From the NCBI GenBank assembly GCA_965116495.1, contig OZ220696.1, positions 3,136,001-3,200,000 on the forward strand: a stretch of DNA of 64,000 nucleotides, given 5' to 3'. Under the pieces are notes generated by a model. That model saw nothing but the letters and a program-made list of their open reading frames with translations. It was not told the origin of the DNA and searched no databases. Shown here one piece after another: positions 18,319 to 27,418 of this stretch (the first letter of the stretch is position 1; every line of letters begins with the position of its first letter). The position numbers and the translations under genes were made by a program. This stretch comes from Gammaproteobacteria bacterium (lineage in GTDB: Bacteria > Pseudomonadota > Gammaproteobacteria > Eutrophobiales > Eutrophobiaceae).

Positions 18319-18924
18319 ATGAAAACACTGACGTCCAGACAATTGCAGGTGCTTGAATTTATACAGGACAGCATCAGGGTCGCCAATATGCCGCCTACCA
18401 TCGCCGAGATTACCGGAGCCATGGGATTTGGTTCGACCAATGCGACCCGGGGGCATTTACAGGCGCTGGAACGCAAAGGAGCCATAGAGCTGATCCCCAA
18501 CTCATCCCGGGGGATACGCCTGGTACAAGCCGGCGCGTTTGAGCCCGGTCTCCCCCTGGTGGGTCGGGTTGCCGCCGGTCGTCCCCTGCTGGCTGAAGAA
18601 AATATCGAGGATCATCGCCCGGTTGATCCATCGTTTTTTTCTCCCCGTGCGGATTACCTGTTGCGTGTACGGGGTGAGAGTATGCGGGATGCCGGGATAC
18701 TGGATGGGGATTTGCTTGCGGTGCACCGTAGTCCCACTGCGGATAACGGCCAAATCGTGGTGGCGCGGCTGCAGGATGAGGTAACGGTCAAACGGCTGCG
18801 CCGGACCGGACAGGTGGTTTACCTGGAAGCGGAAAACCCCGGCTTTCCTGCCATTGAGGTGGACCTGGAACAGGAAACACTGGCCCTTGAGGGTATCGCC
18901 GTCGGCGTGGTACGCACCCTGTAG
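18319..18924 (+). CDS. lexA: SOS repressor LexA
   Basis: [22 protein letters not shown], cleavage site VAAG, catalytic Ser (GESM) and Lys (TVKR). Confidence 0.96.
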   Translation: MKTLTSRQLQVLEFIQDSIRVANMPPTIAEITGAMGFGSTNATRGHLQALERKGAIELIPNSSRGIRLVQAGAFEPGLPLVGRVAAGRPLLAEENIEDHRPVDPSFFSPRADYLLRVRGESMRDAGILDGDLLAVHRSPTADNGQIVVARLQDEVTVKRLRRTGQVVYLEAENPGFPAIEVDLEQETLALEGIAVGVVRTL

Positions 18925-18933
18925 CGCATAACC

Positions 18934-19554
18934 ATGAACAATTCATTGCGAGAGCTGGTACACAACAACCCCCATCTATGGTCGGGTGATGAGGTCTGCC
19001 AGGGGAAACCGGGCGGCATCCCTACGGGTCATGCTTCATTGGATGCAATACTGCCCGGCGGCGGCTGGCCGAAAAATGCTGTGGTCGAAATGATTACCCC
19101 GCATTGGGGTACGGGTGAATTACAGTTGTTGTTGCCACTGATGAAGTCCATGACACGGCGCAGGCGCTGGATACTGTGGGTTTGCCCGCCGTACATCCCG
19201 TATGCTCCGGCATTGGTGGATGCCGATATTGATATTAACTTCCTGATGACAATCGGCCCGGATATCGCCTGCCGGGATGCTCTTTGGACGATTGAAAAAG
19301 CGTTGCAGTCACAGCGCTGCGGTTTGCTCATGGCATGGTTGAACCACCTGCCCAATGGGGTCACTCGACGCCTGCAACTGGCTGCCGATGCCGGTAAAAC
19401 ACCCTGTGTGCTGTTTCGCAACCAGCGCGGGAAAAATTCACCCGCAGCGCTGCAATTGCAGGTAAACCACAGTGACCGGGGCATCCATGCACGGGTTTTG
19501 AAAGCCCGCGGCGCCCATCAATACCACAGCGCGGACATCCCCTATCCGGGTTAG
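18934..19554 (+). CDS. imuA: Translesion synthesis accessory protein ImuA (SulA/RecA-like)
   Basis: TGHASLDAILPGGGWP, GELQLLLP, PPYIPYAPAL, RRLQLAA; lies between lexA and imuB. Confidence 0.9.
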   Translation: MNNSLRELVHNNPHLWSGDEVCQGKPGGIPTGHASLDAILPGGGWPKNAVVEMITPHWGTGELQLLLPLMKSMTRRRRWILWVCPPYIPYAPALVDADIDINFLMTIGPDIACRDALWTIEKALQSQRCGLLMAWLNHLPNGVTRRLQLAADAGKTPCVLFRNQRGKNSPAALQLQVNHSDRGIHARVLKARGAHQYHSADIPYPG

Positions 19555-19557
19555 GAT

Positions 19558-21087
19558 ATGCCCCGGCCACTTTCTGCCCCTTCTTTCCTGGACTACCAGG
19601 AACAAGAGGCATGTAACAAAACTGAAACCAGGACCGGGCAACAAGCTCTGTGGCTTGCTGTTTATCTGCCCAAACTGGCCCTGGAAGTTGTCGCTGCCGA
19701 TCAGTCTGATGAGGTTTCGGCCGTCGTTGAGGAAAAAAAAGGCAGAAAACTCGTCCATACCGCGTCCGGTTTCGCAGAACGGATGGGTATCAGCGCGGGC
19801 ATGGCTCTGAGCGCGGCCTACGCCTGTTGCCCCGGCCTGAAAGTTCACCGGATCAACGAAATCGCCCGGGAGGAACGACTGGATGCGCTGGCAGCCTGGG
19901 CCTTGCAGTTCAGCGCCGTGGTCAGTTTGCATCCACCCTGCTCGTTGCTGCTGGAGGCGGGGGGAAGCATCAACTATTTTGGCGGCATCGCCGCGATCCG
20001 GGATACCATCGCCCGGGAACTGACCGAACGCTGGAAACACGTTTTTTACCAGGCAACGACCCCCACGCCCACAGCCAGCCTGATGCTGGCCCGGGCCGGA
20101 TGCAACCTGGTAGTCGAGCGCGGCGCAGATTTGCGCTCGGTCCTGGGGCCCTTGAGTATTGAGGTCCTGCCCCTGGATGACAAGCGCAAACAACGACTGA
20201 ATAAAACCGGCGTGCGTATCCTGCGCGACCTCTGGCGTTTGCCTTCAGACGGGCTGGCGCGACGTTTTGGAACAGACCTGGTTACCCACCTGGACCAGGC
20301 CCTGGGAAAGCTGCCTGAACCCTTGAATGCTTATCGGATACCCCCCCGATTTTCCGACACCCGGGAATGTTCGTTTGACATCGATGAGCAACAGGCGCTT
20401 CTTCCCGTCGTTCATGGGCTTGTGACCGGCTTATGCGATTTCCTGCAGAAACAGGACTTGTACACCATGGATTACCAGGTATATTTTTATCACCGGCAGG
20501 ACCCGGTAACGGTGCTCCATATCGGCTTGCGCCGGCCAATACGCCAACCCGGTTATTTGATGATGCTGGTGGAGACTCAGCTCGGCAGGACAAAGCTGGA
20601 CGCGGCCGTCGTCAGGGTAACGCTGACTGCCGAGCGGTTTTACAGCGTTGCCCCCCGGACCCGTTGTTTATTTCCCGGCAGTGGGCTTGAGCAGGAAGCT
20701 CAGGATATTGCGCCACTCCTTGAACAATTATCCACTCGTCTCGGCGCCGCTGCGTTGGAAGGCATCGCAACCCACGCGGACCATCGACCGGAATACGCCT
20801 GCCGGACTGGCGTGCCGGCCGCGGTCGGGCCGGTGCCCCCGGGCAACCGGCGCCCCCTGTGGTTATTGCCGAAACCCAGGGAATTGCTGAGCAAGGACGA
20901 CGGAATTTACTACAGGAGCCGCGTCCATTCCCTTGTGGGGCCGGAGCGCATCGAAACGGGCTGGTGGGACAACTACGACATACGCCGGGATTATTACGTG
21001 GGTGTCGATGACATCGCCGGACGCGTGTGGATTTACCACGACCTGACAACCGGGCAAAAATGGTATTTGCATGGATTGTTCGGTTGA
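19558..21087 (+). CDS. imuB: Inactive Y-family polymerase ImuB
   Basis: WLAVYLP, GMALSAA, LARRFG, DHRPE, RPLWLL, GPERIETGWW, RDYY, WYLHGLFG. Confidence 0.92.
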   Translation: MPRPLSAPSFLDYQEQEACNKTETRTGQQALWLAVYLPKLALEVVAADQSDEVSAVVEEKKGRKLVHTASGFAERMGISAGMALSAAYACCPGLKVHRINEIAREERLDALAAWALQFSAVVSLHPPCSLLLEAGGSINYFGGIAAIRDTIARELTERWKHVFYQATTPTPTASLMLARAGCNLVVERGADLRSVLGPLSIEVLPLDDKRKQRLNKTGVRILRDLWRLPSDGLARRFGTDLVTHLDQALGKLPEPLNAYRIPPRFSDTRECSFDIDEQQALLPVVHGLVTGLCDFLQKQDLYTMDYQVYFYHRQDPVTVLHIGLRRPIRQPGYLMMLVETQLGRTKLDAAVVRVTLTAERFYSVAPRTRCLFPGSGLEQEAQDIAPLLEQLSTRLGAAALEGIATHADHRPEYACRTGVPAAVGPVPPGNRRPLWLLPKPRELLSKDDGIYYRSRVHSLVGPERIETGWWDNYDIRRDYYVGVDDIAGRVWIYHDLTTGQKWYLHGLFG

Positions 21088-24000
21088 ACGCGCCTGTTTG
21101 CCGCCTTATGCGGAATTACACTGCATCAGCAACTTTACGTTTCTGCGGGGCGCTTCCCATCCGGAAGAACTGGTGGCCCGGGCAAAAGCCCTGGGTTACC
21201 GCGCCATCGCCATTACCGACGAATGCAGCTTATCCGGAATCGTCCGCGCCCATGTCGCGGCCGGGATAGAAGGTATCGACCTGCTTGTCGGCAGCGAGTT
21301 TCGATTACAGGAAGGGTGGCGCTTTCTATTGCTGGCCACCGACCGGGGCAGCTACGGCAGACTCGCGCACCTCATCACCCTGGCTCGCCGGCAGGCAAAA
21401 AAAGGGGAGTATTTTATCGACCGGAACCTGGTCCAGGACAACTGCCCCGCCGGATGCCTGGCCATCTGGCTGCCTTGCTTTAACCGGGGGGAGATCGAAA
21501 CAAACGGCTTGCGCTGGCTGGCCGGTCTTTTCCCCGGAGCCCTGTGGATAGCGGTAGAGTCGTTGCTTGACGGCAACGACAGGGAACAACTGCACCGCTT
21601 ACAGGAAATCAGCGCAGGTTTTTCTATTCCCTTATGCGCCTGTGGCGATGCACACGTACATGAATATAAGCGCCGGGTAGTACAGGATACCTTGACGGCC
21701 ATCCGTCTCGGCAAACCCATCAGTGAACTGGGTTACGGGGTTTATTCCAACGGCGAGCGACACCTGCGCTCGCGCCGGCGTCTGGCGCAGCTTTATCCGC
21801 GCCCCTTGCTGGAAGAGACCGTAAGGATCGCCGAGCGCTGCCGTTTTTCCCTGGATGAATTACGTTATGAGTATCCATCGGAACTGGTTCCGGAATACCA
21901 TACTCCCCACTCATGGCTGCGGCGGCTTACGGAACAGGGTATGCAAACACGCTGGCCCGGGGGCGCACCGGAAAAAGTGCGGGCATTGGTTGAACATGAG
22001 CTGGCCCTGGTGCATGAGTTCAGCTATGAGCATTATTTTTTAACGGTTCACGATATTGTGAAATTTGCCCGCAGCAAGGGCATCCTGTGCCAGGGGCGCG
22101 GTTCCGCCGCCAACTCCGCCACCTGTTATTGTCTGGGCATAACAGAAGTCAACCCCGACGCCATGGACCTGCTGTTTGAGCGCTTTATTTCCAGGGAACG
22201 CAATGAACCGCCGGATATTGACGTGGACTTTGAACATGAACGTCGTGAAGAGGTCATTGCCTATATCTATGAAAAATACGGGCGCGAGCGCGCCGCCCTG
22301 GCGGCAACCGTCATCACCTACAGGCCGAAAAGCGCGCTGCGGGACGTGGGCAAAGCCCTGGGAATGAGTACGGACCAGTTGGAGCGTCTGGCCGCATGCG
22401 TCTCCGGACGCTATGGAAATACCCTGGAAACAGCGCAGTTGGATGGCTTTCCGGCGGACAGCCCGCTTATGAGAAGACTGGTTTACCTGGTCAATAACCT
22501 GATCGGCTTCCCGCGACATTTATCCCAGCATGTGGGTGGCTTTGTCATCAGTCAGGGCCTGCTCTCCCACTTGGTGCCTGTTGAAAACGCAGCCATGCCT
22601 GGGCGCACCGTCATTCAATGGGAAAAACGCGACCTGGAGGCGCTGGGCCTGCTCAAAGTGGACGTGCTCTCCCTGGGGATGCTCACCGCCATCCGCAAGG
22701 CCCTGGCGCTGGTCAGTCAATACCGGAATGAACCGCTGACCCTGGATAAGGTACCCACGGAAGATCCCGCGGTTTATAAAATGATGCAGAAGGCCGATAC
22801 CGTGGGTGTCTTTCAAATCGAATCACGGGCGCAGATGAGTATGCTGCCACGTCTCAAACCGGAAAATTATTACGACCTGGTGATACAGATCGCCATTATT
22901 CGGCCCGGCCCCATACAGGGGGACATGGTGCATCCTTATTTAAGAAGACGGCGCGGCGAGGAGCCGGTCAGCTATCCCGGCAAGGCGGTGGAAAAAGTGT
23001 TGAAGCGCACCCTGGGCGTTCCCATCTTTCAGGAACAGGTGATGCAACTGGCGATGGTCGCTGCGGGTTTCAGCGCGGGGGAAGCGGATCAACTGCGGCG
23101 TTGCATGGCTGCATGGCACCGCAAGGGCGGACTGGAGCCGTTTGAAAAAAAACTGCTGAGCGGCATGAAAGCGCGGGGTTACCCGGACAGTTTTGCGCGC
23201 CAGGTCTTCAACCAGATAAAAGGATTTGGCGAATACGGCTTTCCCGAATCCCATTCCGCCAGCTTTGCCCTGCTTGCTTACGTGTCGTCCTGGTTGAAGT
23301 ATTATCACCCGGCTGCTTTCACCTGCGCCCTGCTGAACAGCCAGCCCCTCGGGTTCTACCGGCCGGCGCAACTGGTGCAGGACGCCCGGCGCCATGGCGT
23401 GACCGTCCTGCCCGTTGACGTGAACGACAGCGATTATGATTGTACCCTGGAGGGCGCCCTGGGGCAGGCCGGAACGCCCGGAACCCTGCGCCTGGGTTTG
23501 CGCCTGGTCAAGGGTTTGTCCCGGGCCGGCGCCCACACCCTGGCGCTTGAGCGAAAACGGGGCAGGTATGTCAGTGCACAGGATATTGCGGCGCGTACAG
23601 GACTGGCTCAAGCGGACCTGACGAGTCTGGCAGACGCCGATGCCTTGAACGGCATCGGCAAAGACCGTCACCGCGCCTGCTGGGAGGTCCTGGACCCGGG
23701 GCCGGGCGCGCCCCTGTTCTCCACGCCTGACGAGGAAGAAACCGACCTTATGCTGCCCAAGCCTCGGGAAGGGGAAAATATCCTGGCGGATTACGCCAGT
23801 ATCGGCTTTACCTTGCGCCGCCACCCGCTGGCCCTGTTACGCGGACGCCTGGACGAACGGGGCGTTACCACGTCAACAGGACTCGGGGAATTGGCCGACA
23901 ACGCCTGGGCCCGGGCCGCGGGTATCGTCACCAGCCGCCAGCGACCCGCCACCTCTTCCGGGGTCATGTTTTTCACCCTGGAGGATGAAACCGGGTTTAT

Positions 24001-24184
24001 CAATATCGTGATATGGCCCTCAATCTTTGCAAAACAAGGTGTTATGCTGACGACGGCCAAACTCCTGGAAATATCCGGCGCGGTACAGAAACAGGACGGT
24101 GTACTACACCTCATAGCGCGACAATGTACCGATCTCAGCTCCTGGCTCGGAAGTATGCAACTGAAATCCAGAGACTTCTGCTGA
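21071..24184 (+). CDS. dnaE2: Error-prone DNA polymerase DnaE2/ImuC
   Basis: YAELHCISNFTFLRGASHPEEL, GRGSAANS, EPPDIDVDFEH, FPRHLSQHVGG, GFPESH, C-terminal SRDF. Confidence 0.97.
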   Translation: MDCSVERACLPPYAELHCISNFTFLRGASHPEELVARAKALGYRAIAITDECSLSGIVRAHVAAGIEGIDLLVGSEFRLQEGWRFLLLATDRGSYGRLAHLITLARRQAKKGEYFIDRNLVQDNCPAGCLAIWLPCFNRGEIETNGLRWLAGLFPGALWIAVESLLDGNDREQLHRLQEISAGFSIPLCACGDAHVHEYKRRVVQDTLTAIRLGKPISELGYGVYSNGERHLRSRRRLAQLYPRPLLEETVRIAERCRFSLDELRYEYPSELVPEYHTPHSWLRRLTEQGMQTRWPGGAPEKVRALVEHELALVHEFSYEHYFLTVHDIVKFARSKGILCQGRGSAANSATCYCLGITEVNPDAMDLLFERFISRERNEPPDIDVDFEHERREEVIAYIYEKYGRERAALAATVITYRPKSALRDVGKALGMSTDQLERLAACVSGRYGNTLETAQLDGFPADSPLMRRLVYLVNNLIGFPRHLSQHVGGFVISQGLLSHLVPVENAAMPGRTVIQWEKRDLEALGLLKVDVLSLGMLTAIRKALALVSQYRNEPLTLDKVPTEDPAVYKMMQKADTVGVFQIESRAQMSMLPRLKPENYYDLVIQIAIIRPGPIQGDMVHPYLRRRRGEEPVSYPGKAVEKVLKRTLGVPIFQEQVMQLAMVAAGFSAGEADQLRRCMAAWHRKGGLEPFEKKLLSGMKARGYPDSFARQVFNQIKGFGEYGFPESHSASFALLAYVSSWLKYYHPAAFTCALLNSQPLGFYRPAQLVQDARRHGVTVLPVDVNDSDYDCTLEGALGQAGTPGTLRLGLRLVKGLSRAGAHTLALERKRGRYVSAQDIAARTGLAQADLTSLADADALNGIGKDRHRACWEVLDPGPGAPLFSTPDEEETDLMLPKPREGENILADYASIGFTLRRHPLALLRGRLDERGVTTSTGLGELADNAWARAAGIVTSRQRPATSSGVMFFTLEDETGFINIVIWPSIFAKQGVMLTTAKLLEISGAVQKQDGVLHLIARQCTDLSSWLGSMQLKSRDFC

Positions 24185-24354
24185 CCCGATAGGGTCAGAC
24201 CTGCCTAACTCCGCCTAACTATCTGTTTCCATTGAGTTTATGCACAATATATGCGCGTTATTTCCCCTTAGAGCCCACTTTTTGCCGTCAAAATGGAGGT
24301 TGTAAGCTTCTCACTCCCGTAAGTTAGTGCATTTTTACTTGATTTAGCTTCCCG

Positions 24355-24384
24355 ATTTGACTATAGTCATGACCATAGTCAAAT
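24355..24384. promoter_or_regulatory. Palindromic toxin-antitoxin operator
   Basis: ATTTGACTATAGTCATGACCATAGTCAAAT is two tandem TGACYATAGTCA palindromes, 12 bp upstream of the antitoxin start. Confidence 0.75.
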
Positions 24385-24396
24385 TAGAGTGCCGCG

Positions 24397-24648
24397 GTGA
24401 AAACCATCAAAGCATCGGAATTTAAAGCCAAGTGCCTGGGAATAATGGACGAGGTGGCGAATACCGGGCAAGAATTCGTCATTTCCAAGAACGGTCAACC
24501 AGTGGTTCGACTCGTGCCGTATCGAAACAAGCCAAGCAGTTTATTCGGTATAGACAAGAACAAAATCGAGATACTTGGCGATATTATCGAGCCGCTGGAC
24601 GTGGAATGGGAGGCCAATTTGCTTCAAGCCAGGGATGCTGAAGATTGA
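24397..24648 (+). CDS. Phd/YefM-family antitoxin
   Basis: KTIKASEFKAKCLGIMDEV...VISKNGQPVVRLVP. Confidence 0.9.
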   Translation: MKTIKASEFKAKCLGIMDEVANTGQEFVISKNGQPVVRLVPYRNKPSSLFGIDKNKIEILGDIIEPLDVEWEANLLQARDAED

Positions 24649-25043
24649 TCCTGCTCGATACACACGTCGTTTTGTGGCTTAGAACTGGTGACGAACGTCT
24701 GGGGCCAGTTGCCCGGCGCGAAATTGATCGGGCGTGGCAATCCGGCGAACTTGCCGTCTCGTCGATTTCGTTTTGGGAAGTCGCAATGCTGAAGAGCAAG
24801 AGCAGAATCAGTTTCCAGGAAAATCTTGAACAGTGGCGCCGGGTACAATTGGAACAGGGAATGGTCGAAATTCCAGTGGATGGGAAAATAGGCCTGCGCG
24901 CGGCCGGGCTCACCGATTTCCATCCTGACCCTGCCGACCGGCTCATTGTCGCCACCGCGCTTGAAGGCCACCGGCTGGTCACCGCGGATAAGCATATCCT
25001 CGACTGGTCGGGTGAACTTGACCGGCTGACCGCGCTTGAATGA
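24645..25043 (+). CDS. vapC: VapC-family PIN-domain toxin
   Basis: ILLDTHVVLW, SSISFWEVA, HPDPADRLIVATA, LVTAD; overlaps the antitoxin stop. Confidence 0.92.
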   Translation: MILLDTHVVLWLRTGDERLGPVARREIDRAWQSGELAVSSISFWEVAMLKSKSRISFQENLEQWRRVQLEQGMVEIPVDGKIGLRAAGLTDFHPDPADRLIVATALEGHRLVTADKHILDWSGELDRLTALE

Positions 25044-25076
25044 TGTTCAGCAGGCTATCAACAGACTGAGGTCATG

Positions 25077-25340
25077 TCATGCCTCCATCTTCTGCGCGAG
25101 ATATAACGTGTCGGCAGCCATGAGGTAAATCTCGGGGTCAGGCTTGTAGTGATGTACGAGTTCGGTTGACAGGATGCAATCCCAGGGCAGGCTGGCGTAC
25201 TTTGCCATATTGGTCAGCAGCGATACATTACCATTGGACAGTGTGGCTATGATGTAATGTCGCTTGAGACGGATGAGCCCGGACGGGTAACGCCGGACAA
25301 CGGCCAAGCACCGGCGGAGCATGCCCTGATGCCAGGAACC
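25077..25340 (-). pseudogene. Fragment of a type II haloacid dehalogenase
   Basis: GLIRLKRHYIIATLSNGNVSLLTNMAK..LPWDCILS.EL..YKPDPEIY is the central HAD region; the N-terminal DxxGT motif and the C-terminus are absent. Confidence 0.75.
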
Positions 25341-25425
25341 AGACTGCTCCGGTATATAATTCGGTCATCTTGGCAGTGTACCGCAACAATGCTAGCATGG
25401 TTGTCATTCCGTCAAGGAGCTCCCC

Positions 25426-25875
25426 ATGCCGACTTATCAACGCCTCATCATAGCGTGGTTTTTCGTCCCGATACACCTGCTCTTGTTGCGCCTCTCCAAC
25501 GGCCGCCTTCTGGGCCGTCTGGAAGGCCACGGAGTCCTGATCCTGGTGACCAGGGGACGCAGGAGCGGCCAGCCGCGCTCATCGCCCTTGCTGTACTTCC
25601 AGTTTGACGAGGCAGGCGACCTCATTGTCGTTGCTTCAAACTACGGCCAGGACCACCACCCGGCGTGGTACCTGAACATCGCAGACGAAGAGAACGTATC
25701 CGTCGAAATCAATGGCGAGCACTTTCCCGTCGAGGCCCGTATAACCCGGGGCGAGGAACGCGCCGCGTTGTTCGAAAAAGTAGTTGCGCTAAATCCACGC
25801 TACGCCGGCTACCGCGCCGCTACCGGCCGCCAAATTCCCGTCGTCGCGCTGCGCCGCATCCGGCCAACCGGTTGA
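25426..25875 (+). CDS. Deazaflavin (F420H2)-dependent nitroreductase/quinone reductase family (Ddn-like)
   Basis: LVTRGRRSGQPRSSPL, VVASNYGQDHHPAWYLN, YAGY..TGRQIPVV. Confidence 0.88.
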   Translation: MPTYQRLIIAWFFVPIHLLLLRLSNGRLLGRLEGHGVLILVTRGRRSGQPRSSPLLYFQFDEAGDLIVVASNYGQDHHPAWYLNIADEENVSVEINGEHFPVEARITRGEERAALFEKVVALNPRYAGYRAATGRQIPVVALRRIRPTG

Positions 25876-25943
25876 GAGGCAACCGCGGCGCCCAACCTGC
25901 GCGCGTCCCTCACACCTCCAAAGCCGGTGACACCCGGAGTACC

Positions 25944-25960
25944 GGTGAGAAATCCGGGCT
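25944..25960. repeat. Isolated right end of the 1676-1918 MITE family
   Basis: GGTGAGAAATCCGGGCT. Confidence 0.65.
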
Positions 25961-26003
25961 GGCTTGACTCTCTCATAATGCAATTTGTCTCTGACAGCTA
26001 TCT

Positions 26004-26726
26004 TCAAATCACCAACTCAGACCCTGTTTCCAGGCTCAGCCGTTCCGCCGCGCTGCCGCCGTTCACGGCGATTTCCACCAGGCCCTGCGAATTGCGGTAC
26101 CAGAAAGCAGTCCCTCCGGGTACGGCGGAGAATGTTTCGGCGAAGGGAACAGGGATACCGTTTACCTGTATCGTTCTGGTATCAGCCAGCACCCCAGCCC
26201 TGATCCCGCTCATGCAGTTACCGAAGTGATCGACGTAGACTACCTCGTTCAGATCATCAGGCCAGCCGTGCCGGTCCTCCCAGGTGATTGCCTCACCTGG
26301 AATCTCATTATTCCTGACCATGGCCGCTGCCGGGGCGTACAGATCCCGGCCGTGAAAGCTGGCCGACAATGTTTTTGGCCGCCAGTCGATGCGCCGGCAC
26401 TGCACATCGGCACTGCGCCGGCAGACGATGTCGAACAGGCCGTTGTCCGGCCCCAGGTACCACTGCCCGTCTGCGGTGATTACCACCGGCTGGTCCGTGA
26501 AACTGCCTACGCCTGGGTCGACCACGGAAAAGAATATCGTTCCCGGGCCTGCCCCACAGGCCCGGCTGAACGCGGCCAGCAAATAGGACGAAGCCCTGGG
26601 ATTATTGCGCGGGGCGTCGGCCAGCAGGCTGATCACTTTTTCATCCGGGAGAAGACGGTGCAGCACTGCCTGCACCTGGCCCAGGTAGGGGCCATGTAAG
26701 CCGTAGTCGGTAAACAGAGCGATCAT
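26004..26726 (-). CDS. SAM hydroxide adenosyltransferase / chlorinase-fluorinase (DUF62) family
   Basis: IALFTDYG, VVDPGVGS, GPDNGL, SASFHGRDLYAP, YVDHFGN, VEIAVNGGSAA. Confidence 0.92.
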   Translation of the reverse strand: MIALFTDYGLHGPYLGQVQAVLHRLLPDEKVISLLADAPRNNPRASSYLLAAFSRACGAGPGTIFFSVVDPGVGSFTDQPVVITADGQWYLGPDNGLFDIVCRRSADVQCRRIDWRPKTLSASFHGRDLYAPAAAMVRNNEIPGEAITWEDRHGWPDDLNEVVYVDHFGNCMSGIRAGVLADTRTIQVNGIPVPFAETFSAVPGGTAFWYRNSQGLVEIAVNGGSAAERLSLETGSELVI

Positions 26727-27418
26727 TGTGCTGTAACAAACTGCAAGATCTTATCCATCCAGGAATTTATGGAAGCGTAGTGTGAATCCTGAATTACGAG
26801 TATCTCCGACTCGGACTGCACATAACGGGAGTGCCGCAACTCGTCCCGGCAGTGATGGACAATGTCTTGCGCTGCGCGCGGCGTAGTTTCCAGGTGGAAC
26901 TGCAGACCGATTACCCGCCGGCCCAGTTGGAATGCCTGGTTCTCACAGGCACTGCTGCTAGCCAACCGTGCCGCGCCGGCAGGCAGGTCAAATGTATCAC
27001 CATGCCAGTGGAACACGAGTAACTCTTGCGGAAATGAGAATAAGTCTCCCGTGACGCACTCCGGTTCCGCCGTAATGGGGAACCAGCCAATTTCCTTTTC
27101 CATGTTCGGGTAGACAGCAGCGCCCATAGCACCGGCGATCAATTGCGCTCCGAGGCAGATGCCGACCACGGCCTTGTTCTGCTTTATGGCAGCGCGGACA
27201 AATTCCTTTTCCTGCCTGAGCCAGGGAAAATCCTGTTCATCGTTGACACTCATGGGACCGCCCATGATGACCAGCAAATCGATGTCAGCCGGATCCGGCA
27301 GCGCCGGTTCCTCGAAGAACTTCGTGACCGAGATAGCGGCGCGCTTTGATTGCAACCACGGTTCGATGCTGCCCAACCCCTCGAACGGGACATGTTGCAA
27401 GTAGTGGGCTTTTATCAT
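26723..27418 (-). CDS. Type 1 glutamine amidotransferase-like protein
   Basis: LQHVPFEG, MGGPMS, GICLGAQL, HWHGD, LQFHLE (Cys-His-Glu triad). Confidence 0.92.
   Translation of the reverse strand: MIKAHYLQHVPFEGLGSIEPWLQSKRAAISVTKFFEEPALPDPADIDLLVIMGGPMSVNDEQDFPWLRQEKEFVRAAIKQNKAVVGICLGAQLIAGAMGAAVYPNMEKEIGWFPITAEPECVTGDLFSFPQELLVFHWHGDTFDLPAGAARLASSSACENQAFQLGRRVIGLQFHLETTPRAAQDIVHHCRDELRHSRYVQSESEILVIQDSHYASINSWMDKILQFVTAQ

Noticed and set aside
26004-26726. Fluorinase/chlorinase for halometabolite biosynthesis
   Set aside because: The short DUF62-type sequence with FHGRD and a housekeeping context fits SAM hydroxide adenosyltransferase better; no biosynthetic cluster nearby.
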